From: an uncultured Burkholderiaceae bacterium
GTDB lineage: Bacteria; Pseudomonadota; Gammaproteobacteria; Burkholderiales; Burkholderiaceae_F
Assembly (NCBI GenBank): GCA_964571375.1
Contig: CAZNBL010000002.1
Coordinates: 3,599 to 67,598, forward strand
Direction: 5' to 3'
DNA: 64,000 bases
The notes under the pieces were generated by a model that made no database searches, was not told the DNA's origin, and saw only the letters and a program-made list of their open reading frames with translations. Position 1 is the stretch's first letter. The number at the start of each line of letters is the position of its first letter. Position numbers and translations under genes: made by a program. Positions 51,707-61,407 of the stretch are shown in pieces.

Positions 51707-52360
51707 ATGGAAAGTATTTTTCGAGTTTGGAGCGATTCCTTTGCGGACGGACAACGAGTTCCCGAAGGCTTTGCTTATGCAAAAATTGACCTGACTCAGC
51801 AGGATAAAACAGTTCCCGCAGGCAACCGTAATCCTCAGATTTCCTGGTCTACACCTCCGCTCGGCACTCAGAGTCTGATTCTGCTCTGCGAAGACTTCGA
51901 TGTTCCCGCAGACTTCTCTGTCGCCAACGTCGAAGGAGTGACGATTCCGAAGGATGCTCCGCGTACAAACTTCACCCATTGGGTGCTTGTCGACATTTCT
52001 CCCGAAGAGCCCTGCATCGATGCAGGAACACTCTCCAAGGGCATTGTCAGCCGCGGCAAAAGAGGTCCTGCATGCGCCAACGGCATGCGTCAGGGTCTCA
52101 ATGACTACACTGCGGCCTTCGCCGACGATCCCGAGATGAGCGGCCGTTATTACGGCTACGACGGCCCCTGCCCTCCGTGGAACGACGAACGTATTCACAA
52201 CTATGTGTTTACCGTCTACGCCGTCGACTTCCCGCTTCTGCCGATTGAAGGCGATTTCACCTGCGATGACGTCAAAGCTGCAATGGAAGGCCATATCCTT
52301 GCGAGCGGCACAATTACAGGCACCTATACACTCAATCCGGCTCTGGTCCATCACTCGTAA
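51707..52360 (+). CDS. YbhB/YbcL-family PEBP (Raf kinase inhibitor-like) protein
   Basis: PEBP signature region ...THWVLVDI... and HNYVFTVYAVD; 217 aa. Confidence 0.8.
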   Translation: MESIFRVWSDSFADGQRVPEGFAYAKIDLTQQDKTVPAGNRNPQISWSTPPLGTQSLILLCEDFDVPADFSVANVEGVTIPKDAPRTNFTHWVLVDISPEEPCIDAGTLSKGIVSRGKRGPACANGMRQGLNDYTAAFADDPEMSGRYYGYDGPCPPWNDERIHNYVFTVYAVDFPLLPIEGDFTCDDVKAAMEGHILASGTITGTYTLNPALVHHS

Positions 52361-52386
52361 GAACGCGAACCCAGGAAACGACAAAA

Positions 52387-52425
52387 CCCCTGTTGCGGAT
52401 AAAAAGCGCAGCAGGGGATTTTTGT
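52387..52425 (+). terminator. Terminator after the tyrS-dtd-PEBP unit
   Basis: Stem CCCCTGTTGCG/CGCAGCAGGGG (one mismatch), followed by ATTTTTG. Confidence 0.6.
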
Positions 52426-52451
52426 TGTCCGGAGAAAAACTCCGGAAAAGC

Positions 52452-52478
52452 AAAAAGCCGCCGAAGCGGCGGCTTTTT
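52452..52478 (-). terminator. Terminator after rpsI
   Basis: AAAAAGCCGCCGAAGCGGCGGCTTTTT: a 7-bp GC stem with a T-run on the minus strand. Confidence 0.7.
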
Positions 52479-52508
52479 GTATCGAAGACAGAATCTTCTG
52501 CGTTGAAA

Positions 52509-52901
52509 TTAACGCTTGGAGAACTGCTTACGACGGCGTGCCTTGCGGAGACCAACCTTCTTACGTTCGACTTCGCGAGCGTCGCGAGTAACGAGGCCAG
52601 CAGCAGACAGAGTCGGCTTGAGGGCTGCATCGTAGTCGATCAGAGCACGTGTGATACCGTGACGGATAGCGCCGGCCTGACCGGATTCGCCGCCACCGCA
52701 AACATTGACCATGATGTCGAATGTTTCAGTGTTCTGAGTCAGTTCGAGCGGCTGACGAATCACCATGCGACCTGTTTCGCGGTGAATGTAAGCTTCAAGG
52801 GAACGACCGTTAATAGTGATCTTGCCTGTGCCGCGCTTCATGAAAACACGAGCAACAGAGCTCTTACGACGGCCTGTGCCGTAGTTGTAAATACCAATCA
52901 T
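52509..52901 (-). CDS. rpsI: 30S ribosomal protein S9
   Basis: [13 protein letters not shown] and C-terminal [11 protein letters not shown]; 130 aa after trimming the ORF-track extension. Confidence 0.95.
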   Translation of the reverse strand: MIGIYNYGTGRRKSSVARVFMKRGTGKITINGRSLEAYIHRETGRMVIRQPLELTQNTETFDIMVNVCGGGESGQAGAIRHGITRALIDYDAALKPTLSAAGLVTRDAREVERKKVGLRKARRRKQFSKR

Positions 52902-52902
52902 G

Positions 52903-53331
52903 TTAGATCTCGAGCTGTTTGGGTTGCTGGGCGGCATGCGGATGTTCGTTGCCGGCATAGACGAAGAGTTTCTTGATCATTGCATAACCAAGGGGGCCCT
53001 TCGGAAGCATACCCTTGACAGCGATTTCAAGAGCACGACCCGGATGCTTTTCCTGCATCTTGCGGAATGTTGTTTCATAGATACCGCCGGGGTAGCCAGA
53101 GTGACGGTAGTAGCGCTTGTCTTCGGGCTTGTTGGCAGTCATAACCAGCTTTTCAGCGTTGACAACAACAATGTAATCGCCCGTATCAACGTGCGGTGTG
53201 TATTCAGGCTTGTTCTTGCCACGGAGTCTGAGAGCGATTTCAGCGGCAAGGCGACCAACAACCATATCGGTTGCGTCAACCACATACCATTCACGCTTCA
53301 CTTCAAGCGGCTTAGCCGAGAAGGTCTTCAT
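52903..53331 (-). CDS. rplM: 50S ribosomal protein L13
   Basis: [20 protein letters not shown]; 142 aa; AGGTGA Shine-Dalgarno upstream. Confidence 0.95.
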   Translation of the reverse strand: MKTFSAKPLEVKREWYVVDATDMVVGRLAAEIALRLRGKNKPEYTPHVDTGDYIVVVNAEKLVMTANKPEDKRYYRHSGYPGGIYETTFRKMQEKHPGRALEIAVKGMLPKGPLGYAMIKKLFVYAGNEHPHAAQQPKQLEI

Positions 53332-53543
53332 TACGTTTCACCTATAAATGCGGCGCACTTTATGCGCCCATAAATAACCTAAGTCCGTTCCGGATTGGAG
53401 ATCGGACAAACATAAATACTACGGAACGAGCATTGACGAAAGGACAACGCTCCAACAGAGAGGGTACGCATTATACACAAAAACAATTGTTCCGCGCAAA
53501 TGCACACACATCACAACTGAATGTTTTTGCAAATGAATCTTGC

Positions 53544-53576
53544 AAAAAGACCCCTGTAAATTTCAGAGGTCTTTTT
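53544..53576 (-). terminator. Terminator after the GlpD-like gene
   Basis: AAAAAGACCCCTG ... CAGAGGTCTTTTT hairpin (one mismatch) with a T-run on the minus strand. Confidence 0.55.
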
Positions 53577-53599
53577 CAGACCATCCGGTTGTTTCTGTT

Positions 53600-55045
53600 T
53601 TAAAAACCGCAGTTCTTCAAAAGTTTAACAAGATGTTCGACAGCTTGCGCGCCGAACTTCTCTGTCGGAAGGCGCCGCAGAGCGATATCTTCGGCACTGC
53701 AGGCAAATTCGTCGGATACGCAGTATTCGGCAAATTCAATAAGACTCTGCGGAGCAGTTTCTGCTTCCATTGCTTCCCGGCAGATGGCCGTGCGGTCAAA
53801 CTGCTTGAGTCGGTAAAGCGAAAGGAAGGTAGTGCCGCAGGGACGCTTGTAGATCAGCCCCTGCTCCACAGCTTCATGCATCGCATCTTCTGCCACACGT
53901 CGGCATTCGAGTCGGCTGCCGCCGACAACCGAAATCATATTCTTGAATTCCGGTACGAATACAGCCTTTTCTGTCAGATCGGGACGGACCTTACCGCCGC
54001 AGTTCTTATTAAAGAATGCTTTCTTGGTGCGGATAAGCGCTCTGACATTGGATTCGACAGGTGCAAACAGAAGTACCTGGCGTGCTCTTTCAAGCAGACG
54101 GGCAGTGTCCTTCTTCGCGTCATCTTCATCGGCGGCAACACCTGTGCGGACCGTACCGCCCATCGTGACAACGCCGTCGGACGGAGTGCACTCAAAGGGC
54201 ATGCGACATAAACCGTCTGCAAAGAGTGCGGCTCTTTCACCGTCGAAACACTTGCTGTCAACAGTAATGTGTTCCTGCTCATAGAAGGACAGAATGCTTC
54301 TGGCACCGGCATCGACTTTACGGCGGACGTCGTCCACAGCGGTTTCTGCGGCATTAAATACCATACGGCAACGAACGGTATATTCTTCGCCGTTCAATGC
54401 GTCGCGTGCTGTAAGAGCAGCAATTTCACCCTTTTCGCCGCGTTTTACATCAGTTACTTCGGTGTGATTCAAAACTACGGCACCGCGCATGTCTGCTGTC
54501 TTAAGCAGAGAAAGCGCGTGTTCTGTCGGTTTGACCAAAACAGCATCGGTCTGAACGCCGCCCTTGAGATTGACGGGCTTGACCGACGGAAGACGGCGGA
54601 TAACTTCAGTTCCGCTCATCCAGCGCAAACCGCCGAGGGATGTTCCGCTCGGAGCAGAAAGGTTCATGGCGGCAAGCATCAGCAACCAAGCCTCTCTCTG
54701 AGCGCTCTTAAAGAAGGGAAGAATCAGCTGAGCTTTTTCAACGACCTGCGGCGCATTGCCTAAGAGCAGACGGCGTTCCTGGAACTGACTCCTCAGACGC
54801 TTCCAGTGTCTCGGACAACGAAGCAGAGAGAAATCCGGCATCAGCAGCTCGGAAGCAGCGGCAGTACCTCTGCAGAAATCCTCAGATTCGAGCAGCAACG
54901 TAGAAAAACCGCGTGAAGCCGCATCGACAGCCAAAGATGCGCCTGCCGCACCGCCGCCGATGATCACGACATCCCACAAGTAGTCCTGCTTGAGAATCTG
55001 AAATGCTTTTGCTCGGGATTCGCCCGACTTAATATTCTTTTCCAT
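53600..55045 (-). CDS. FAD-dependent oxidoreductase, divergent glycerol-3-phosphate dehydrogenase (GlpD/GlpA)-like
   Basis: N-terminal dinucleotide fold DVVIIGGGAAGASLAVDAASRGFSTLLLE. By eye it is collinear with E. coli GlpD (ERRLLLGNAPQVV vs EREVLLKMAPHIA; VVGGSRLECRRVAEDA vs VFGGKLTTYRKLAEHA; C-terminal IALRRLP vs ALWRRTK). Start taken at ATG 55045; the ORF extends to 55120. Confidence 0.7.
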   Translation of the reverse strand: MEKNIKSGESRAKAFQILKQDYLWDVVIIGGGAAGASLAVDAASRGFSTLLLESEDFCRGTAAASELLMPDFSLLRCPRHWKRLRSQFQERRLLLGNAPQVVEKAQLILPFFKSAQREAWLLMLAAMNLSAPSGTSLGGLRWMSGTEVIRRLPSVKPVNLKGGVQTDAVLVKPTEHALSLLKTADMRGAVVLNHTEVTDVKRGEKGEIAALTARDALNGEEYTVRCRMVFNAAETAVDDVRRKVDAGARSILSFYEQEHITVDSKCFDGERAALFADGLCRMPFECTPSDGVVTMGGTVRTGVAADEDDAKKDTARLLERARQVLLFAPVESNVRALIRTKKAFFNKNCGGKVRPDLTEKAVFVPEFKNMISVVGGSRLECRRVAEDAMHEAVEQGLIYKRPCGTTFLSLYRLKQFDRTAICREAMEAETAPQSLIEFAEYCVSDEFACSAEDIALRRLPTEKFGAQAVEHLVKLLKNCGF

Positions 55046-55284
55046 TACTTTTTCCCTCGGTACGTCCGAAGTGATGCTTTCGAGGCATTGTATACAAAAT
55101 TGCCCGATTTTTTTATTCACCTCTTAGCTTAGAAATTTTTCCATTTAATTTATGTAGATAGAGACCGTCTGAGCCGTTTTTGAACACGATTCACTAAAAA
55201 AAGTTTTACCCCACCCTAACAAATTTTTGCGAAGTGTGGAACAATGTAATCGTGAAGTATCAATTACAAGAAAGTGAGGACAAT

Positions 55285-55611
55285 ATGAAGCTTCCCCTCC
55301 AAGTTAGTTTCCACGGTATCGATCATTCCGAAGCTCTCGAACAGCTCATCGCTAAAGAAGTAGAAGGTCTGCACAAGTTTGACGCAGAACTCATCAGCTG
55401 CCGCGTTGCTGTTGAATCCGAAGGTCGTCACCAGAACCAGGGGCGCGAATGCAGCGTGCGTGTCAATCTGACAGCTCCGGGCAAGGAATTTGTCATGAAC
55501 ACAAAGAACGAAGACGCACATGCAGCCGTCAGAGCCGCTTTCGACTCTCTCGTAAGACAGGTTAAGGACAATGCAGCTGTTCGCCGCGGCGACGTTAAGG
55601 CTCATCAGTAA
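55285..55611 (+). CDS. HPF/RaiA-family ribosome-associated inhibitor (short form)
   Basis: MKLPLQVSFHGIDHSEALEQLIAKEVEGLHKF is collinear with the E. coli HPF/YfiA (S30AE) fold. AGTGAGGA Shine-Dalgarno 6 nt upstream of ATG 55285. Confidence 0.8.
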   Translation: MKLPLQVSFHGIDHSEALEQLIAKEVEGLHKFDAELISCRVAVESEGRHQNQGRECSVRVNLTAPGKEFVMNTKNEDAHAAVRAAFDSLVRQVKDNAAVRRGDVKAHQ

Positions 55612-55652
55612 TCTGACCTGATACTCGGAGCAACCCGGGTTGCTCCGCAATA

Positions 55653-55690
55653 AGAAGAACAACTGTTCGCAGCTGTTCTTCTTTTTTCTT
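55653..55690 (+). terminator. Terminator after the hpf-like gene
   Basis: GAAGAACAACTG ttcg CAGCTGTTCTTC (one mismatch), followed by TTTTTTC. It is preceded by a second hairpin, CGGAGCAACCC/GGGTTGCTCCG (55626-55647). Confidence 0.6.
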
Positions 55691-55832
55691 GTCTGCACGA
55701 AACACTTCTCCCGCATTTCACGCCCGTTTAACTGAAAAACACAAAAAGCTGCCGTCAACTCTTTCACTGCCTTCAAAATTGCAGTAGCCTCTACAGACCT
55801 TTGACCCAGTTTTTTCGTTGGATTTTCGGTTA

Positions 55833-58800
55833 ATGACTACAAAAGATAAAACCGACAAGAGCATCCGAATTTACGGTGCCAATCAAAACAACCTGCGCAA
55901 CATCAATGTCAGCTTCGAGGCAGGCAAGCTGACCGTTGTCACCGGCGTATCCGGCTCAGGTAAGTCTTCTTTGGTTTTCGACACACTTTATGCCGAAGGC
56001 CAAAGACGCTATGTCGAAACATTCAGTCCCTATGTCCGACAGTTCTTAGACCGTATGGACCGACCGAACGTCAAGAAAATCGACGGTATTCCGCCTGCGA
56101 TCGCGATTGATCAGACCAATCCGGTCAGAACATCCCGCTCGACCGTCGGTACCATGACGGAAATCAACGATCACCTGAAACTGCTCTTTGCTCAGGCGGC
56201 CCGACTTTACTGCCGTCGTTGCGGACAGGAAGTCACCAAAGACAATCCCGAAAGCATTTGGCAGAAAGTGAGCAATCACTGCGGCAAACTTCCCGCAGAC
56301 ACGAGACTTTTCGTACTCTTTACCGTCGAAGTCCCGAAGAAATTCCCCGCAGACGATGCGGTACAGGCTCTTAATGCAGAAGGTTTCACCCGCGTCAGCG
56401 TTTCCAAAAACGCCAAGACCGGCGACCACATTCTCGAAGTCATTGCCGACCGCTTTAAGTCTTCCGTAGACAAGGCTCGCGCCATCGATGCCATCGAACA
56501 GTCTCTGCTTAAAGGCAAAGGCTGCATGAGCGTACGAGCCGAAGACCGCGAAGGCAATGTGATTGCTCACTGGCATTTCTCTGAAAAGCTCACCTGCGCG
56601 GACTGCGGCATTCATTACAGTGCACCGCATCAATCGACATTCAGCTTCAACTCTCCGCTCGGCGCCTGCGAAACCTGCAGAGGGTTCGGCCGTGTCATCG
56701 GCGTCGACTACGACCTGGTTGTACCGGACAGAAGCAAGTCGCTGAGCGAAGGTGCAGTCAAACCCTGGACCACCGATGCCTATGCCGAATGTCAGGACGA
56801 TCTCCTGAAGTACGCTAAAAAAGCCGGTATCGCCACCGACGTCCCCTTTGGCGAATTGCCCGAAGAAGACCAGAAGTGGGTTTTCGAAGGCGATCCCAAG
56901 TGGACGAGCTGGCGCTCCAAGTCCTGGTACGGCGTCAAACACTTCTTTGACTGGCTGGAAACCAAAGCCTACAAAATGCACGTGAGGGTTCTTCTCTCCC
57001 GTTACCGCAGCTACAACGAATGTCCGACATGCGGCGGCACCCGCCTGAAAGCAGAAGCCCTTCTTTGGCGTATCGGAACCCGAGAAGATGCCGACCGCAT
57101 CATGAGTGAGCGCAGCAATGCCAAAGCTGTACTCCCGGGCTTCAATATTCATGAGCTGATGACGCTGCCGATCGAAAAGCTCAAAGTTTTCTTCGACCAT
57201 CTGACCCTTACGGCAGAACAGGCCGAAGCCTGCAAAATGCTGCTCGATGAAATCCGATGCCGCCTGAACTTCCTCAACGAAGTCGGACTCGGCTACCTGA
57301 CGCTTGACCGACAGAGCCGCACGCTCTCGGGCGGCGAAGTCCAGCGAATCAACCTCACCACCGCTCTCGGCACTTCGCTCGTCAATACACTCTTTGTACT
57401 TGATGAGCCGTCCATCGGTCTGCATCCGCAGGAAATCGACCGTATCAACTCAGTCATGCACCGCCTCAGAAGCTCCGGCAATACTCTGGTTGTCGTAGAA
57501 CACGATCCGCAGGTCATGCTCGCCGCCGACCGAATCCTGGACATGGGCCCCGGCCCCGGCACCAGAGGCGGCCGACTGGTATTTGACGGCACTCCTGCCG
57601 GTCTTCGCAAAGCCAATACACTGACCGGTCAGTATCTGAGAGGCACACTGCGTATTCCGAAGAGCAAGCAGCGCAAAATCACGCTTAAAACGCCTGCATT
57701 GGTTCTTTTCGGCGCAAAAGAACACAACCTCAAGGATCTCGATATCCGAATCCCTCTGCGCTCGCTCGTCTGCATTGCCGGCGTTTCCGGTTCGGGTAAA
57801 TCCACATTGGTTCAGGACATCCTGATTCCTGCTCTGATGAAGAAAAAGGGCAAGCCCACCGACGCTCCGGGCCAGTACGACGAAATCAAGGGCGCTGAGC
57901 TCATCAATGATGTCGTTTTTGTTGATCAGTCCCCTATCGGAAAAACTACACGTAGTAATCCGGCAGTCTTTGTCGGAGCGTTCGACGCTTTCCGAAAGAT
58001 TTTTGCGGCCGCTCCCTTGTCGCGTGCCCGCGGCTACACGCCGGGTACTTTCAGCTTCAACTCCGGCACGGGTCGATGCCCGAGTTGCGAAGGCAGCGGT
58101 TTCGAGCACATCGAAATGCAGTTCCTCTCAGACGTATACCTGAGCTGTCCGGACTGCAACGGTCTTCGCTATCGTCCCGAAACCCTGGAAGTTACCGTTG
58201 AAAGAGACGGCCGTAAGTTCAACATTGCCGATGTGCTGAACCTGACGGTCAGAGAAGCCCTCGAACTCTTCGGCGGCAATAAGGAAATTTTGAGAACGCT
58301 GACTCCGTTGCAGAAAGTCGGTCTCGACTACCTGAAACTCGGCCAGCCCGTCCCGACACTCTCGGGCGGCGAAGCTCAGCGCTTAAAGCTTGCCAAGCAC
58401 CTTGCCGAAGCCAAGAGCAGCGCTTCTCCGAACAACCTGTTTGTATTCGACGAACCCACCAGCGGTCTTCATTTTGACGATATCGCCAAGCTCATGCGGT
58501 CCCTGAACGAACTTGTCGAAGCCGGTCACTCCGTCATCCTGGTCGAACACAACCTTGACGTCATTAATGCGGCTGACTGGATCATCGAACTCGGTCCCGA
58601 AGGCGGAGAAAAAGGCGGCTATGAACTCTTTGCCGGTACAGCCGATACTCTTTCGATCAAAGAGACACCGACCGGTCTTGCACTTGCGTCCTACCGCAAA
58701 GCACTTGCCAACAACAATCCGTCGGCATACTTCACCCTGCCGCACGATAAGAACGCAGGAAAGCCGTCCGCCGGACAGCTTGAAGCTCAGAAAGACAATG

Positions 58801-61376
58801 CGATCGTTGTGGTCAACGCAAGAGAACACAATCTGAAGAATCTCTCGCTGGAAATTCCGAGAGACAAGTTCACGGTCATCACAGGCGTTTCCGGTTCCGG
58901 TAAGTCCACGCTCGCTTTCGACCTGGTTTTCAACGAAGGTCAGCGCCGCTACCTGGAATCTCTCAATGCCTACGCCCGCTCGATGGTTCAGCCGGCCAGC
59001 CGCCCCGACGTCGATGCTATTTACGGCATTCCGCCGACAGTGGCGATCGAACAGAGAACTTCGAGAGGCGGTCAGAAGTCGACGGTTGCAACACTGACCG
59101 AGATCTATCACTTCCTGAGACTGCTGTATGTCAAACTCGGCGTACAGTACTGTCCCGACTGCCGTATCCCGGTTGAACCGCTTTCCTTTGACTCTATTCT
59201 TGCCAGAGTCATGACTGAGTTCAAAGGTCGTCAGATCACCTTTGTCGCGCCTCTTATCAAGAACCGTAAAGGTATCTATAAAGATCTTGCCGCCTGGGCT
59301 CACAGCAAGGGCTTCCCGGAACTGATCGTCGACAACCGTATTGTTCCGACACGTCCCTTTACGGCTCTTGCAAGATTCAGAGAGCACACCATCGGCCTGC
59401 CTATTGCAACAATTGCAGTCGAGCCGGAAAACGAAGCCAAGATCAAACACGCTCTCGGCGATGCCTTGGAACACGGTAAAGGTGTTGTCGAAGCTTGGGA
59501 AGGTACCGTTGCTGTCGAAAGCTTCTCGACGGAGCGCGGCTGTCCGGAATGCGGCAGAAGTTTCCCCGAACTTTCTCCGAGACTCTTTTCCTACAACTCC
59601 AAGCTCGGTTGGTGCGACAGCTGTATGGGCAACGGCATCCAGCTCTTTAAAGATGCTATCGATCAGGACAATCAGATCGGTGAAGTCAGAGAAGATAAGA
59701 TCGAAATGAAGGTCGTATGCCCGAGCTGTAGCGGTGCACGATTAAATCCGATTGCCCGCGGCGTTCGTTTCCAGGACAAATCCATTGATGAAATTGCGGC
59801 AATGACGATCGATGAGGCGGAAGCCTTCTTTAAGGGAATCAAACTGAACGATCGCGACTCCTTGATTGCCAAGGATCCGATTGCAGAAATTCTTGCGCGT
59901 CTTTCCTTCCTGCGTGAAGTCGGCCTTACCTACCTGAACCTCGATCGCTCGGCTCCGACTCTTTCGGGCGGCGAAGCTCAGCGTATCCGCCTCGCCTCTC
60001 AGCTCGGCACCAATCTGCAGGGTGTCTGTTATGTGCTCGACGAGCCGACCATCGGTCTGCACCCGAGAGACAACCGCATTCTTCTGAAGGCTCTTGAGCA
60101 GCTCACCTCCAACGGCAATTCGCTGTTGGTTGTCGAACATGACGAAGATACTATCGAACGTGCCGACCACGTTATCGACATCGGCCCCGGTGCAGGCGCA
60201 CGCGGCGGCCAGCTGATTGCTCAAGGTACGATCGAAGAGATCATGAATAATGAAAACTCTCTGACCGGCCGTTACCTCAAGCACCCGCTCAAACACACCG
60301 GGAAAGCAAAAATCAAAACCGGCGATGAGGATCCTGTTATCGAAATCGTCAACGCTGACGAGCACAATCTTGCGGTTGAATCGGCAAAGTTCCCGCTTAA
60401 CCGACTGATTGTCGTTACGGGTGTTTCCGGTTCAGGTAAGTCGACATTGGCACGAAGTGTGCTGCTGCGCAATCTGCAGGAAGCCGTTCAGAAGCAGGGA
60501 GATGTCCGATTTGTCGGTTGCGAAGCGTTAAGCGGCTGGGAACAGGTTGACCGCGTTCTTGAAGTCGATCAGACGCCTGTCGGCAAAACACCGAGATCTT
60601 GCCCGGCGACCTATGTCGGTTTCTGGGATGCCATCCGCAAGCTCTTTGCAGAAACCAACGAAGCTAAAGAACGAGGCTACAACGCATCCCGCTTCTCCTT
60701 TAACGTCAAGGGCGGCCGATGCGACGCCTGCGAAGGACAGGGTGTAAAGACCTTGGAAATGAACTTCCTGCCCGACGTCAAAGTAACCTGCGACGTCTGC
60801 GGCTCCATGCGCTTCAACGAAGAAACGCTGCATGTACAGTGGAAGGGCAAATCCATCGGCGATGTCCTGAAGATGGAAGTGGACGAGGCTGTCGAATTCT
60901 TTGCCAATCAGAGTTCCATCCTGCATCCGCTCAAACTGATGCAGGACGTCGGTCTCGGATACCTTACGCTCGGTCAGCCCTCTCCTACCCTCTCCGGCGG
61001 CGAAGCTCAGCGCATCAAATTAGTATCCGAACTGACCAAGGTAAGAGACGACCTCACCAAGCGAGGCAGAAAGAGTCCGCATACCTTCTATGTTCTCGAT
61101 GAACCGACAGTAGGTCTTCATATGGCCGACGTCGACAAACTCATCAAGGTTCTGCAAAGACTTTCTGCTGCCGGCAATACGGTTGTCGTTATCGAACACA
61201 ACCTTGACGTGATTGCGGAAGCCGACTGGATTATCGACATGGGGCCGGAAGGCGGTTCCGAGGGCGGTAAAGTTATCTTCCAGGGTCCTCCGGAGAAATT
61301 CGTCCGAAGAAAGACGCATACATCCGTAGCACTCAAGGAATTCCTTGCACGATCCAAGGAGCGTAATGCCAAGTAA
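55833..61376 (+). CDS. Tandem-duplicated UvrA-like ABC ATPase (two fused UvrA units, four nucleotide-binding modules)
   Basis: Walker A GVSGSGKS occurs 4 times and the ABC signature LSGGE(A/V)QR 4 times. There are two UvrA N-terminal openings (YGANQNNLRNINV, VNAREHNLKNLSL) and two C-terminal CxxC-X19-CxxC zinc modules. Start at ATG 55833; the ORF track begins at TTG 55818. Confidence 0.9.
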   Translation: MTTKDKTDKSIRIYGANQNNLRNINVSFEAGKLTVVTGVSGSGKSSLVFDTLYAEGQRRYVETFSPYVRQFLDRMDRPNVKKIDGIPPAIAIDQTNPVRTSRSTVGTMTEINDHLKLLFAQAARLYCRRCGQEVTKDNPESIWQKVSNHCGKLPADTRLFVLFTVEVPKKFPADDAVQALNAEGFTRVSVSKNAKTGDHILEVIADRFKSSVDKARAIDAIEQSLLKGKGCMSVRAEDREGNVIAHWHFSEKLTCADCGIHYSAPHQSTFSFNSPLGACETCRGFGRVIGVDYDLVVPDRSKSLSEGAVKPWTTDAYAECQDDLLKYAKKAGIATDVPFGELPEEDQKWVFEGDPKWTSWRSKSWYGVKHFFDWLETKAYKMHVRVLLSRYRSYNECPTCGGTRLKAEALLWRIGTREDADRIMSERSNAKAVLPGFNIHELMTLPIEKLKVFFDHLTLTAEQAEACKMLLDEIRCRLNFLNEVGLGYLTLDRQSRTLSGGEVQRINLTTALGTSLVNTLFVLDEPSIGLHPQEIDRINSVMHRLRSSGNTLVVVEHDPQVMLAADRILDMGPGPGTRGGRLVFDGTPAGLRKANTLTGQYLRGTLRIPKSKQRKITLKTPALVLFGAKEHNLKDLDIRIPLRSLVCIAGVSGSGKSTLVQDILIPALMKKKGKPTDAPGQYDEIKGAELINDVVFVDQSPIGKTTRSNPAVFVGAFDAFRKIFAAAPLSRARGYTPGTFSFNSGTGRCPSCEGSGFEHIEMQFLSDVYLSCPDCNGLRYRPETLEVTVERDGRKFNIADVLNLTVREALELFGGNKEILRTLTPLQKVGLDYLKLGQPVPTLSGGEAQRLKLAKHLAEAKSSASPNNLFVFDEPTSGLHFDDIAKLMRSLNELVEAGHSVILVEHNLDVINAADWIIELGPEGGEKGGYELFAGTADTLSIKETPTGLALASYRKALANNNPSAYFTLPHDKNAGKPSAGQLEAQKDNAIVVVNAREHNLKNLSLEIPRDKFTVITGVSGSGKSTLAFDLVFNEGQRRYLESLNAYARSMVQPASRPDVDAIYGIPPTVAIEQRTSRGGQKSTVATLTEIYHFLRLLYVKLGVQYCPDCRIPVEPLSFDSILARVMTEFKGRQITFVAPLIKNRKGIYKDLAAWAHSKGFPELIVDNRIVPTRPFTALARFREHTIGLPIATIAVEPENEAKIKHALGDALEHGKGVVEAWEGTVAVESFSTERGCPECGRSFPELSPRLFSYNSKLGWCDSCMGNGIQLFKDAIDQDNQIGEVREDKIEMKVVCPSCSGARLNPIARGVRFQDKSIDEIAAMTIDEAEAFFKGIKLNDRDSLIAKDPIAEILARLSFLREVGLTYLNLDRSAPTLSGGEAQRIRLASQLGTNLQGVCYVLDEPTIGLHPRDNRILLKALEQLTSNGNSLLVVEHDEDTIERADHVIDIGPGAGARGGQLIAQGTIEEIMNNENSLTGRYLKHPLKHTGKAKIKTGDEDPVIEIVNADEHNLAVESAKFPLNRLIVVTGVSGSGKSTLARSVLLRNLQEAVQKQGDVRFVGCEALSGWEQVDRVLEVDQTPVGKTPRSCPATYVGFWDAIRKLFAETNEAKERGYNASRFSFNVKGGRCDACEGQGVKTLEMNFLPDVKVTCDVCGSMRFNEETLHVQWKGKSIGDVLKMEVDEAVEFFANQSSILHPLKLMQDVGLGYLTLGQPSPTLSGGEAQRIKLVSELTKVRDDLTKRGRKSPHTFYVLDEPTVGLHMADVDKLIKVLQRLSAAGNTVVVIEHNLDVIAEADWIIDMGPEGGSEGGKVIFQGPPEKFVRRKTHTSVALKEFLARSKERNAK

Positions 61377-61407
61377 TTCATTACAACGCCGGTAATCCGG
61401 CCAACGA

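Noticed and set aside
49969-52630. Two long minus-strand ORFs (49969-51345 at 458 aa; 51149-52630 at 493 aa) opposite tyrS, dtd and the PEBP gene
   Set aside because: Both are antisense to well-supported genes. The second runs straight through two intergenic gaps and a terminator. There are no ribosome-binding sites or recognisable domains.
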